A stretch of 64,000 bases of DNA, from NCBI GenBank assembly GCA_964488025.1, contig CAZATJ010000002.1:13840-77839 (forward strand). Reading direction: 5' to 3'. Below are positions 19,699 to 29,608 of the stretch, one piece after another. Under the pieces are notes generated by a model. It saw only the letters and a list, made by a program, of their open reading frames with translations. It made no database searches and was not told where the DNA came from. The DNA comes from an uncultured Bdellovibrionales bacterium (GTDB lineage: Bacteria; Patescibacteriota; Minisyncoccia; Moranbacterales; UBA1568). How positions within the stretch are numbered: position 1 is the first letter of the stretch; the number at the start of each line of letters is the position of its first letter. A program made the position numbers and the translations under genes.

Positions 19699-20128
19699 GA
19701 ACGGACGAGTAGGGAAGAAAAACCCAGGAGTCCGTGTCGGAGTCCCGGGTGGTTTGTGGCTGTACTCTGAGACGTGGCTTCAGAGGCGTTTCGTGAGCGG
19801 TGTGGTGGAGAGGCTCAAGAGGCGCTGGTAGCCGTCGCTCAGCAGTAATTCGGTATGGGTAACCTGCCGCTGTAGCAGAGCACCTTTTTTGAAGCATTGT
19901 GCCCAGAATTCTATCCAGACCGTTATCGCATCCAAAGGAGTGAACAACATGGTGGGGTTTCCTCGTGCGTTGATAGAAAAATCCTGCACTGGTAGCGCGT
20001 TGCGCCATCGGCAGGCACCCTTTGTTCTTGTCTTAAGTGTAGTCCTCGGGAGCAGAAAGTACAATTTTTTGTCAAGTAAGAAAAAGCCCGACGAATGTGA
20101 TACATTGTCGGGTCTGGCTCGTGAGGGA

Positions 20129-20686
20129 TCAGTCTGGATCGGGTATCGCCACCATGGCAGAGAACGCGGCGTCGAGTTCGCACATGAAGGTGCGCCGCCG
20201 TTTGTGTGGCAGCTTGTGGAAGCGTCTGACTCGTGAAAACGAGCGGTCATCGTCTTGGAGCAATTGGCACATCTTGTCACGATGGTGTTGGCTCCAGTTT
20301 TCCATGAGGACCAGATGCCGCTTGGCGAGGAGGTACTCCACATAGTGGAAATTTCGCACAAACGACCTGGCGGCTGGCACACTGATGCCGGTGGTCAGCT
20401 TGCCATAGACCACGTCGAAAGCCGCGGCGTGGTACTCGATCCAGCGCAGGAAGTGCGCATTGTTCCAGCGCTGACTGCGCGTCTTCCGGCAGCCGGCGAC
20501 CTGGCTTTGGAACAGCATCCGCCGCAGCACTTCCGTACTGGCCTTGGCAGCAGCAACTTGTTTTCGGTGTTCTTCCAGGTCGACGCCGAAACACCTCGCC
20601 AACCAGTCAGTGCCGATCCGTAGTGATTCGAGCCACGCAGGCTGCGCGCTGAAGACGAGAGAAGACGGAGGAAAGGTAACTGTCAT
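20129..20686 (-). CDS. hypothetical protein in second GC-rich block, possibly 3'-frameshifted
   Basis: 185-aa ORF at about 57% GC. A second ORF in another frame (19780-20382) has a protein-like C-terminal half, which suggests a frameshifted or decaying gene. Confidence 0.3.
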   Translation of the reverse strand: MTVTFPPSSLVFSAQPAWLESLRIGTDWLARCFGVDLEEHRKQVAAAKASTEVLRRMLFQSQVAGCRKTRSQRWNNAHFLRWIEYHAAAFDVVYGKLTTGISVPAARSFVRNFHYVEYLLAKRHLVLMENWSQHHRDKMCQLLQDDDRSFSRVRRFHKLPHKRRRTFMCELDAAFSAMVAIPDPD

Positions 20687-20721
20687 AGCAGAGGATTCCT
20701 TCCTATGTGTTACACATTGTT

Positions 20722-20757
20722 AAAAAAACCACACCCGAAGCATATTACATCTTCGGT
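20722..20757 (-). terminator. intrinsic terminator after the wzx-like gene
   Basis: Minus strand: accgaagatgtaatatgcttcgggtgtggttttttt. A 6-bp stem CCGAAG/CTTCGG followed by a T-run. Confidence 0.55.
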
Positions 20758-20812
20758 ATAAACTGTTCATAATTGAAAGTGTATTCCTGTGGGATGAAAA
20801 TGGCAAATCTTG

Positions 20813-22282
20813 TCAGCCACGACCAAAAAACTTGTGGAATGGAGCAAGGTCATCATCGGTGAGTTCACCGAAAAGCCAGAGAAGGATGAAATAGAAGGCA
20901 AAGAGAACGGTTCCGGAAGCGAGAAAACTGTATGTTCCCTCTGGAAGGAAGCGGGAAGAGAAGGCGATGAGAAAGGCACTTATTATCGAGAGAACGGCAG
21001 TTTTCCAGGATATATGAACACGGAAATGTATTTTGGTGTAGGCTAGTATGCCAAGCATGAGCACAAAGGCGGTGAGAGTGGCGGCGAGCGCGGCGCCAGC
21101 GATACCGAAAGATGGAATGAAAAGAAAATTAAGCACAACCATGGCGAGAAAACCAAAGAAGGAGAGTTTCATCGGGACACGAACCAGACCGGCGCCGTTT
21201 AAAGCGAAAGCCAGGACATAAAAGACCGTAAGGAAGCCGACGCCGAGAGAAAAGATGCTCATGGCGTTTTCTGCTCCATCGTAACGGGCACCATAGAAGA
21301 AGTGAAGTATCTGCGGGGCATAGACGATCATAAGAGTGATCATCGGAAAAAGAAGCAGTGTCATGAGACGAAGTGCCTTGTTCACGAGAGATGTGGTTTC
21401 AGTCGCATTGCGTTCGGCTGTTGTTTTGGAGATAGCTGGAAGCATGATCATAGCGAGGGCCGCGAAGAGGTAATAGGGAATACGTCCGATGGTGATAGCG
21501 GCATTGTAGAGACCGGTCAGGTGGTCATCTTGAAGGAGTGCTTTGACGAAATAGAGGTCGACAGTGAGGAGAAGTTCGTAGAAGACCAGGAAGAGTGTTA
21601 GTGGTCCGGCGTAGGCGAGAATCGTTTTGGCTGGAAAATCGAAATCGTGACCCAGGGTTTTTGTTCCGAGACCAAGTTTGCGTTTTACGTAGAATTCATC
21701 GATCAAGAGGGCGGCACCAAAGGTGAGGAGTGGGGCCAGGACATAGCCGGCGACGGCACCATTTAATCCAAAGTAAACGGCGGCGAGGGCGATAAAACCG
21801 ACCCGCGCGAAAGAACGGACGATTTTTACGATGGCTTGGAGTTTGAAAAGGTGGAGACCGGTCAAATAGTGGTGATAGAACGAAGCAGCGGCAAAGGCCG
21901 GAATGATAAACGCGGAAAGTCGGAAGAGCGGGGTGAGCGAGGGATCACGGAGCGCCCAGGAAATAACTGGAGCGAGGAGGAAAAAAAGAACCGTGATGCC
22001 ACCAATGAGAACCACTTGCAAGAGAGCGGCCTTTCTTTTGATGGCGGGAATGTTCTTCGGATCTTTTTCGAGGACTTCGCTCAGGTACTTGGACATCGTG
22101 GTGGGGATGCCGTTGCCGATGAGCACGATGACCATCGTAGTCAGGGTGACCACCAAGCCATAACGTCCATAATCTGCCGGTCCCAAAATGCGTCCGGCAA
22201 CCGAGTGCACCACATAGGCAGCAATGTTGAACACTACTTCGGAAAGTGTCAGCCATACGAGCGCTTGGGAGAATTTTTTCAT
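20813..22282 (-). CDS. Wzx-like oligosaccharide flippase (MOP superfamily polysaccharide biosynthesis protein)
   Basis: About 14 TM helices, length and hydropathy typical of Wzx/MATE-like flippases. The start is taken at MKKFSQ (22282). An alternative upstream ATG lies at 22351. Confidence 0.6.
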   Translation of the reverse strand: MKKFSQALVWLTLSEVVFNIAAYVVHSVAGRILGPADYGRYGLVVTLTTMVIVLIGNGIPTTMSKYLSEVLEKDPKNIPAIKRKAALLQVVLIGGITVLFFLLAPVISWALRDPSLTPLFRLSAFIIPAFAAASFYHHYLTGLHLFKLQAIVKIVRSFARVGFIALAAVYFGLNGAVAGYVLAPLLTFGAALLIDEFYVKRKLGLGTKTLGHDFDFPAKTILAYAGPLTLFLVFYELLLTVDLYFVKALLQDDHLTGLYNAAITIGRIPYYLFAALAMIMLPAISKTTAERNATETTSLVNKALRLMTLLLFPMITLMIVYAPQILHFFYGARYDGAENAMSIFSLGVGFLTVFYVLAFALNGAGLVRVPMKLSFFGFLAMVVLNFLFIPSFGIAGAALAATLTAFVLMLGILAYTKIHFRVHISWKTAVLSIISAFLIAFSSRFLPEGTYSFLASGTVLFAFYFILLWLFGELTDDDLAPFHKFFGRG

Positions 22283-22358
22283 GATGGTATTTTTACAATA
22301 TACGTTCTCATCGGAACTCTCCTTTTCCTTCCCTTTCTTTCCGACGAACATCCCTTCT

Positions 22359-22983
22359 TCAAACGTTTAGTTTTCTTAAAATATCCTGAAAAATACTTTC
22401 TTTACTTTTATTTCCATCGATGACAGTCATATTCCAGGGGATGATTTTCGTTTTGAACAATTCCATCTTGGCGCGGAGGTAGTCGATACCCTGTTCGGGG
22501 GCGCGTTCGCGAGCCATGATGGTTTCCGGAGAGAGGTCAAAGTAGAGGGTGACATCGGCTCTGGGGGTATAACGCGAAAGAAAAATTATTCCCCAATGGA
22601 TCGGCCAGGAGCAAAAGCGGATATTTTTTGCCAGATAGGCCAGATTGATGATGGAATCAAAAAAAGAACGGTCAGAAAGAAGGTAGTCGTAGCCTTGTTT
22701 GCGCAGTGAACTTCGGAGAAAACAGAAACGCATCATATCGATGAGAAGAAATTTTTCTCGAAGGACAAGAGAAAGCCAAGAAGCTTTGGTAACGGCCTTT
22801 TCCTTACCGGGCTCGAAGGTGTCCTGCCTTTTGAAAAGCCGGGCAATCTTGTTGGCCAGGGAAAATTCGACCGCGTGAAAAGTGGTGGTTTTTCTTCCTT
22901 CCCGTTCCAGTTTCTCTTGAAGGAGCTTGAGTTGGGTGGATTTTCCACTGCCATCAACCCCTGAAAAAGTGATGAATTTCATG
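22359..22983 (-). CDS. tmk: thymidylate kinase-like P-loop kinase
   Basis: MKFITFSGVDGSGKSTQ P-loop and LLSDRSFFDSIINLAY (DRY/F..S..AY) block. The start is taken at the MKFITF ATG (22981-22983). Confidence 0.65.
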
Positions 22984-23017
22984 GAGAGGTTACTAAAAAT
23001 ACAGAAAAAACTCCCTT

Positions 23018-24412
23018 TTGGAACCTGCTTATAGTATAGCATTTTTCGCTCTTTTTTGTGCTATTCTTGGTTATATGGACTTTTTCAGACTGTTAAAGTA
23101 TTCTTTTTTCACGTTTCTTTTTCTACTGCCGCTGCAGACGGTTTTTTTGCTGCGCGAGCCGTTTGTTTTGGGGGAGAAGTGGCAGTATGGAACTATCGGG
23201 GTGTATGTCACTGATGTATTGTTGGTGGTCATGTTAGGCGTAGCCTTGTGTACCTGGTTGAGGAGTATAAAGTATAAAGTATCGAGTATAAAGTACGGGA
23301 GATCTGAAGCGGTACTGGTACTGTTTCTTTTGTGGGCGGGACTGTCGGTTGTGTGGGCGGGGGATCAAGTGTTGGCCTTCTCCTTTTTCATGAAATCACT
23401 CTTGGCGGCGGGTGTGTTCTTTTTGGCCCGATCGTTCGAGGAGGTGAGCGCGAAGAAAGTTATCCTGGTTCTTATGGCGGCTGGAATAATCCAGAGCGGT
23501 ATCGGAATAGGGCAGTTCTTGTTTCAACAATCAGTCGATTCCTCGATTCTCGGAACAAATGCCCACGAGGCCTGGCAAGCGGGCTCTTCCGTGCTTAAAA
23601 TCGACGGAGGGCCAGCCTCGCCGAGTCTAGGCGGGCGGTTTTTACGGGCTTATGGGACATTTCCTCATCCGAATATGCTGGGGGGATTCTTGGCTGTCAC
23701 ACTGGTATTCGGTATCGCGTACCAGGTATTATGCACGGCACGGCTGAAGAAAAACGAAAGAACACTCCTCCTTATTGGTTCAGTGATAGTCTTGCTTGGA
23801 TTGATCCTTACTTTTTCTCGTGTAGCTTGGTTGGGGTCAGGCTTTGGAATAGGGACATTGTTTGTATGGAGTTTTTTTTCAGGTGATACGCGAAAACTAC
23901 GGCCGTTGTTTTCGGGTATGTTCAGTAAAACCTTTTTAGTATTGATTGTGGCTGGATTAGTGTTTGTCACAGTGCTTCATGAACAAGTTTTCCCTCGTTT
24001 TGATGGAGCGACTATCAAACATGAAGGGTCGGTATCGGAACGGGTGCAATCTTTTCAGGATGCCGGTATGGTTATCGGTGAAGGAAATATACTGCTTGGC
24101 ACTGGTGTCGGAAATTTCACGGCAGAAGTCATGAGGCTGGAGCCGGAGCGTCCAGTATGGAGTATTCAGCCGGCGCACAATGTTTTTGTCCTGGTGTTTT
24201 CCGAGCTCGGTCTGGTAGGATTGCTGTTCTTCGTATTGTTTCTGTGGAGCGTGCTCCGAAACATGAAAAAACAAAGCGCGATATTCATTGTCGCGCTTTT
24301 CTCGTTACTTCCCATCCTTCTTCTCGACCACTGGCTGTGGACCTCTCACTTTGGACTTTTGCTTCTTTTTCTTCTCATCGGTCTTGCGATACGCCGAGAG
24401 AGGCAGTCATAA
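23018..24412 (+). CDS. O-antigen ligase/polymerase-like (Wzy_C-like) polytopic membrane protein
   Basis: 464 aa, about 11 TM helices with a central periplasmic loop. No unambiguous catalytic motif, so this is a family-level call. Confidence 0.4.
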   Translation: MEPAYSIAFFALFCAILGYMDFFRLLKYSFFTFLFLLPLQTVFLLREPFVLGEKWQYGTIGVYVTDVLLVVMLGVALCTWLRSIKYKVSSIKYGRSEAVLVLFLLWAGLSVVWAGDQVLAFSFFMKSLLAAGVFFLARSFEEVSAKKVILVLMAAGIIQSGIGIGQFLFQQSVDSSILGTNAHEAWQAGSSVLKIDGGPASPSLGGRFLRAYGTFPHPNMLGGFLAVTLVFGIAYQVLCTARLKKNERTLLLIGSVIVLLGLILTFSRVAWLGSGFGIGTLFVWSFFSGDTRKLRPLFSGMFSKTFLVLIVAGLVFVTVLHEQVFPRFDGATIKHEGSVSERVQSFQDAGMVIGEGNILLGTGVGNFTAEVMRLEPERPVWSIQPAHNVFVLVFSELGLVGLLFFVLFLWSVLRNMKKQSAIFIVALFSLLPILLLDHWLWTSHFGLLLLFLLIGLAIRRERQS

Positions 24413-24541
24413 CGAGTCTTTCCAGCCAAATTCGCTATAGAAAACCCCATTTATCGAATGCTCAATGGCTTGTATGAGGAATTCTCGGCATGATGTTTAT
24501 CTTATTCTTATCACCTATCACTCATCTCCTATCATGACTCT

Positions 24542-26065
24542 CTAGTACATGATGACGGAAATGGGCTGGAGTTTGATGACCGGTTTGACGACGGAGTTTT
24601 CAATGACGCTTTCGATGACATCTTCGGCACGTTTGTAGTGCGAGGAATCCTGTTCGATGACCTTAGATGAACGGCCATTGTAGAGTTTGACGCCTTTTTC
24701 GGCGAGCTTCTCATCAAGTTCTGATTTGTTCTGAGGAACGACACTTTCAGTGGTTTTGGCGGCCTTGCCGGCGCCGTGATTGCAAGAATAGAAACTGGAA
24801 TCATTGCCATCCTGGCCGACGCACAGGTAGGCTTCGGTACTCATTGAGGTCGGGATGAAAGCCGGTTCGCCGGTGTCTTTGAAGGTAGGGTGGTCAGCCA
24901 TGCGGCTCGGACCATAGGCTCGGCTGGTGCCGTTCCGATGGACCCAGACATTTTTATTGTAGTGTTCTTCCTGAGAGACTAGGATATGGGGCATATCGTA
25001 GAGCAGGTCGGCTTCGACGAAGTGGCCCAGTACTTTTTCGGCTGTCTGGACGAAGTTATGGGTGATGGTGGCACGATTGGCGTGAGCGAAGTTAGAACAG
25101 GCATTGCGAGCGGCCATATAGAGCTTTCCGTCCTCACCGTCCCCGTCGAAAGTGATGAGTGGTTCTTTCTTACCGAAATCAGAAGCCCTGATTTTTTCAG
25201 CGATTTTTTTGATGGTTTTCTTATAGGGGGTGAACCAGAGGAACCGACCGAGATTCATGAGAATGGCCGTGGAGAAGTGCTCACGCTTCTTGGCGGTGAA
25301 CATGTACATGGTGTACTGGCCAAGAATACCCGAGCCGCAGTGAACCATGAGGATGTACTGGCCAAGGCGTAAGTTAAATTTGGCGGCTACTTCGGGGTCG
25401 ACTACCGCGGTCACCTTCATGAGATCGAGGAAGTGGTTGCCGGCGGCGCCGATGATACCGGCGCGGAATTGGGCGAAAAATAAAAAGAGTGGTGGAATAA
25501 TGTTTCGGATACCTTTGCGAGTGGGAGCTTCTTTGAAAAAATTCCCCCTGTCAATACTATTCTCGGCTTCATGCTTGGTTTTGATGTTCAGGTAGTCGAT
25601 GAGCGGCTGGATGCCCTGGGCACAGATATCAATGATGACGCGAAACGGGAGGACGGTACCGACGTATTTTTTGGTTGGAACGGTTCTGGTGGCTTCTTGG
25701 AAAATCCGGTCGATCTGTTCCGGGGTGACGTTCGTGTCGTCTAGGTTGAGACGGACGAGGCGCATACCGCAGGCCGGGTCGGAGTCGTTCACTTGGGGGA
25801 GAATGAATTTTTCGGAAGTGATGGTAGTGCCGGTGGCATTTTTGCGGCCGGGTTTCGAGTGAACATCGGCCATGGCGGCGACGTGATGGAATATGCAACC
25901 ATTTGCGGCAACGCTTTCGAGCTGTTGCATCGTCTCTTCTCCCGGCATGAGTTTTTCTCCGACATGAAAAATGACCGGCACATTCATTTTGTCGGTCCGG
26001 AATTCACTTTTATGATCCGAGAGCTTGGTGATATCGTTTTCGTACATAGAATGTTGGATGAACAT
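24542..26065 (-). CDS. rtcB: RNA-splicing ligase RtcB
   Basis: HVAAMADVHSKPGR (metal-binding), SCNHGAGK (nucleophile His motif), GNDSSFYSCNHGAG. 507 aa. Confidence 0.85.
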   Translation of the reverse strand: MFIQHSMYENDITKLSDHKSEFRTDKMNVPVIFHVGEKLMPGEETMQQLESVAANGCIFHHVAAMADVHSKPGRKNATGTTITSEKFILPQVNDSDPACGMRLVRLNLDDTNVTPEQIDRIFQEATRTVPTKKYVGTVLPFRVIIDICAQGIQPLIDYLNIKTKHEAENSIDRGNFFKEAPTRKGIRNIIPPLFLFFAQFRAGIIGAAGNHFLDLMKVTAVVDPEVAAKFNLRLGQYILMVHCGSGILGQYTMYMFTAKKREHFSTAILMNLGRFLWFTPYKKTIKKIAEKIRASDFGKKEPLITFDGDGEDGKLYMAARNACSNFAHANRATITHNFVQTAEKVLGHFVEADLLYDMPHILVSQEEHYNKNVWVHRNGTSRAYGPSRMADHPTFKDTGEPAFIPTSMSTEAYLCVGQDGNDSSFYSCNHGAGKAAKTTESVVPQNKSELDEKLAEKGVKLYNGRSSKVIEQDSSHYKRAEDVIESVIENSVVKPVIKLQPISVIMY

Positions 26066-26129
26066 TAATGTTACCGGCCGTTACCCGGGAGCACAGAAAA
26101 AATTCTTTTGAAGAAATGCCGAGCGATTA

Positions 26130-27245
26130 TCATAGTGAGCTATAGATCTCTTCGTACTGTTTGGCGGTGTTTTTGAGATCAAAATGATCCTTGACGAAGC
26201 GTCGAGCGTTTTCTCCGAGAAGGGTTCGTTCTCCTTCATTTTCCTTTAAATAAGCCAAAGATTCGACGAGTTGAGCTCCCGAATCCTTGGGAATGGTAAC
26301 ACAGATATCGTCGTTTGCAAATTCGGAAAACTCCGGGAGGTCAGAGAGAATAACTGGCTTGCCGCAAGCATAGGCTTCGATGATGATGAGGGGGACGTCG
26401 AATTTTCCCTTGAGATTGCCAACCGGAAAAATGACGACGTCACTGGCGTTATACAGACCGGCCATGTCGGAGATGGTATCGGAGAAGGCAATGTAATCGA
26501 GTAGTTTGGCTTCGGCGAATCGTTTGTGAATCTCCTGTTTTTTGTCGGCATCGGCCTGGTTTTTGACACGGCAGGCGAAGACAAAGCGGATATCAGTTTG
26601 GGGATGGGCGCGGAAAAAGTCGAAAAAGGTATCGGAGAGCATATCAGTCGCGCCGAGGCGCGTGTATTCGCCGGGGTAGATGACGACAAAGTCCTTCTCG
26701 GCAAGGCCGAGCTCGGTGAGGATAGCCTGATTTTTTGGTTGCGGACTAAAGTGTTCGAGGTCGATGCCGGGATAAATTCTGGTTACATTGTGGAATCCCA
26801 GGCGTTCCAGTTTCTCTTTTGAGCGGTCGGTGTAGACAACGAGATGGTCGGAAAAGAGGAGTTTTTTGAGTTCATGGGGAGAGTAGAGATCGTCACGAAG
26901 AGTCGCGATTGTCTGGATGGTTTTTTTCTCTGGTTTGGCGAACCATCTGATGAGACGGGTATTTTGTTTGGTCGGTGTAAAGAGGTAGTGGGTGATATCG
27001 AATTTATTTCGAGCGGCGCGGAGATAGGAAAAAAGCGTGCGTTTAGCATGGAAATCAAAGTGGCCGTTCTGAAAAATCGGTTTTTGTTCGACACTTTCAG
27101 GAAGTCCTGGGAGCGGTATGCTGGTCGTGAGAAGGGTAAGTGAGTGATCTCGTACTTCCTTCCCCAAGAAGTAGGCAAAGTTTTTGGAGGCTTCATCCCA
27201 GGGCGGGACGAGCGGACGAGTGGCAAGGAGGACTTTTTTAGACAT
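26130..27245 (-). CDS. GT4 family glycosyltransferase
   Basis: C-terminal IIEAYACGKPVILSDLPEFSEF (EX7E-like) and GT-B architecture. Confidence 0.8.
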   Translation of the reverse strand: MSKKVLLATRPLVPPWDEASKNFAYFLGKEVRDHSLTLLTTSIPLPGLPESVEQKPIFQNGHFDFHAKRTLFSYLRAARNKFDITHYLFTPTKQNTRLIRWFAKPEKKTIQTIATLRDDLYSPHELKKLLFSDHLVVYTDRSKEKLERLGFHNVTRIYPGIDLEHFSPQPKNQAILTELGLAEKDFVVIYPGEYTRLGATDMLSDTFFDFFRAHPQTDIRFVFACRVKNQADADKKQEIHKRFAEAKLLDYIAFSDTISDMAGLYNASDVVIFPVGNLKGKFDVPLIIIEAYACGKPVILSDLPEFSEFANDDICVTIPKDSGAQLVESLAYLKENEGERTLLGENARRFVKDHFDLKNTAKQYEEIYSSL

Positions 27246-27253
27246 AAAATTTT

Positions 27254-27634
27254 TTATCTGTATATTTCCTTCTTCTCTGTTCTCGTGGTGACAATGACGG
27301 AAGTGCGGAGGCCTGGTTGGGGAACAATATTCGGGGTAATCATCTTGGTTTCGCCCGGAGCGACCGTTATCGAGTCGCGAACAGAAATAACATTGTCAGG
27401 AGTGACTTCGTAGGTAGCTTCATAGGAAAACTCACTTTGTTTCGTGTGATTTTCTACGATGAAGACGAGGCTGTTTGGATCTCCTGGCGCTTCAAAGGAA
27501 AGCGTCCACCAGTCTTTCCCCTGATTAGGATCGAGTTCACGCTTATTTTGCCAAAAAAGAAACAAGGCACTCACGGAAAAGAGGAGGAAAAAAAAGACGA
27601 CGAGTTTTTTTTCTGAGAGAGGGGGAAGATTCAT
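27254..27634 (-). CDS. small exported protein (signal-anchor + about 90-aa domain)
   Basis: N-terminal LVVFFFLLFSVSALFLF helix. It overlaps the upstream membrane protein gene by 4 nt. Confidence 0.4.
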   Translation of the reverse strand: MNLPPLSEKKLVVFFFLLFSVSALFLFWQNKRELDPNQGKDWWTLSFEAPGDPNSLVFIVENHTKQSEFSYEATYEVTPDNVISVRDSITVAPGETKMITPNIVPQPGLRTSVIVTTRTEKKEIYR

Positions 27635-29607
27635 TTGGTTCGGGCGTAAATATGAATAGTATCGGAGGCGTAGATGCGCGAGAAGTTATCTGATTTTTCG
27701 AAGGGAGTGATATCGAACCGCGGGTTGACGACCACCAGGTTGGTCCCGGTTTCAGTGTAGCATTTTTCACCGCGGGCGGTATTGGGGACGGAAATCATGA
27801 GGAGAGTGCACTGTTCCCGATTGGGATTGTCTTCATAGCGCTTGAAGAATCCTCGGGAAAGCGGATAGCTGTAATCACGGAGAAAAAAGAGTTTCATCCA
27901 GGCATCACCGACGATATAATTATGATCCTTAAGAACGATATCTTCGGCGGTAATACGAGCGGCGAGATATTGGGAGGCGGCAAAGGTTTGCAGAAGTGGG
28001 AGAGCCTTACTTTCCGGAAGAAGTGTCTGGCTATTGTCGTAAGAGCCGCTGCCCATGCCGAATACCAGAGCGGAGAAAGAGAGTAGTAACACAAGAATGC
28101 TCGGAAGAAAAAACTTCTTTTTTCCCTGAGAGAGGAGCGCGATGGACCCGACTAGGGCAAAAGCGGCGAGGAGGCCGAGAGGAAAAGAGAGATAGGCGCC
28201 GATACGATTGGAGGGGATGTTGATGAAGAGAAAACGGGGGAAGAGCGTCATGACGAGGAGGATGCCGCCCCATCCTAAGAGGAAGGCGCTTCCGTAACGG
28301 GTGCGGGTGGGGAGGAGCGCGATAAGGAACAGTCCGGCGAGACCGAGAGCCACCCGGGCTTCACCGGAAGAGAAAGTAATCTGGTAGAAGGAAAGTCCCG
28401 TGCGGGTGGTCTTGGTTGGCGTACCGAGAGCAGTACCGACTGCATGAGTCTCGATATAGGTTGGCATGGCAACGAAAAAAAAGAAGAAACAGGCGAAAAC
28501 TATCATGATGAACGGCTTGGGTTTGAGAAAGAGCGTGCTCCAGGAACGAAAGGTATAACCAAGAGTATCCCAGTGAAAAGCGAGGTATAAAAGGACGGAA
28601 GCTCCGAGAACGAAAAGGAGCATGAGCGTACTTAAGTGGTGGATGTAGGCGAGGGAAAAAGTCAGAAAAAATCCGAGAGCCAGAAAATCCGATCGTTTTT
28701 CCCGGAAGGCGCGGAGATAAGCGAGCAAGATGAGAGGGATAAAGAGGTTTCCGAGCGTGTTGCCGACGACGCCGCCGGAAACGAATTTTACCTGCGGGGA
28801 AGCAAGCGCGTAGAGAGGGCCGAAGAGAAAGAGGGTGGCGAGGGCGATGTTCTGGGGGTTGAAGACGGATTCCGACAAAAAAGAACTTCGAATATTTTCT
28901 GCGAACGAGCGAGCCAGAACAACGAGAGCCAGTAGTGATAAAAGATTCACCAAAAAGAGAAAGAGAATAGGAAAAGCCGAAAAGAAATCAAGACGGGAAA
29001 AAATATTGATGGCGGCGAAGGGGAGGTGTTCACCGATAATGAAATCGGCGATAGGTTCCGGTTCTGAGATGCGGTACGCGCCATTCGAGTCGGTAACGAT
29101 GTCCTCTTTGGCATAGACGGGAAGCTGTCCGCTTTCGGCCGTCAGTTTGGCCCAATACATATGATGCCCCAGGTCGGTTGAAGTCGGGAGAACGGCATGC
29201 GAGAGGTAGATAGTTTTTATGAGGAGCGTGAGGAAGAGGAGCGTAATGAAGAGCAAGCCTTGATTTCTGGAGAATCGCCAGACAGCTTTTGTCGGTTCTG
29301 ATGCTTCGACGGCGGTTTTGTTACGTAATTGTTTATGTAACAAAAGAGAAATGGCTGTGAGAAGAGTGACTGTGCCAAAGAGACCGAGAGCAATGGTCAC
29401 CGCGGTGAAAGGTATGCCCGCTTGACCCAGGAGAATTATGAGGAAGTTGAGCAGTCCCAGTCCGAGAGCGAACGACAGAATGACGGATTCGAAGGCCGAA
29501 AGCGATGTATTTTTTTTCAGGAAGACACGGAGAAAGAGAAACCCGGGTATGAAGAAAAGGACGCTGACGGTTATGAGGAAAACGATGGTATCGAGAAAAA
29601 ATGACAT
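27631..29607 (-). CDS. polytopic GT-C-like membrane protein (candidate lipid-linked sugar transferase)
   Basis: 658 aa with more than 12 TM helices and extracytoplasmic loops with DLGHHMYW. It sits next to a GT4 and a DPM1-like GT2. Confidence 0.4.
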   Translation of the reverse strand: MSFFLDTIVFLITVSVLFFIPGFLFLRVFLKKNTSLSAFESVILSFALGLGLLNFLIILLGQAGIPFTAVTIALGLFGTVTLLTAISLLLHKQLRNKTAVEASEPTKAVWRFSRNQGLLFITLLFLTLLIKTIYLSHAVLPTSTDLGHHMYWAKLTAESGQLPVYAKEDIVTDSNGAYRISEPEPIADFIIGEHLPFAAINIFSRLDFFSAFPILFLFLVNLLSLLALVVLARSFAENIRSSFLSESVFNPQNIALATLFLFGPLYALASPQVKFVSGGVVGNTLGNLFIPLILLAYLRAFREKRSDFLALGFFLTFSLAYIHHLSTLMLLFVLGASVLLYLAFHWDTLGYTFRSWSTLFLKPKPFIMIVFACFFFFFVAMPTYIETHAVGTALGTPTKTTRTGLSFYQITFSSGEARVALGLAGLFLIALLPTRTRYGSAFLLGWGGILLVMTLFPRFLFINIPSNRIGAYLSFPLGLLAAFALVGSIALLSQGKKKFFLPSILVLLLSFSALVFGMGSGSYDNSQTLLPESKALPLLQTFAASQYLAARITAEDIVLKDHNYIVGDAWMKLFFLRDYSYPLSRGFFKRYEDNPNREQCTLLMISVPNTARGEKCYTETGTNLVVVNPRFDITPFEKSDNFSRIYASDTIHIYARTK

Positions 29608-29608
29608 G

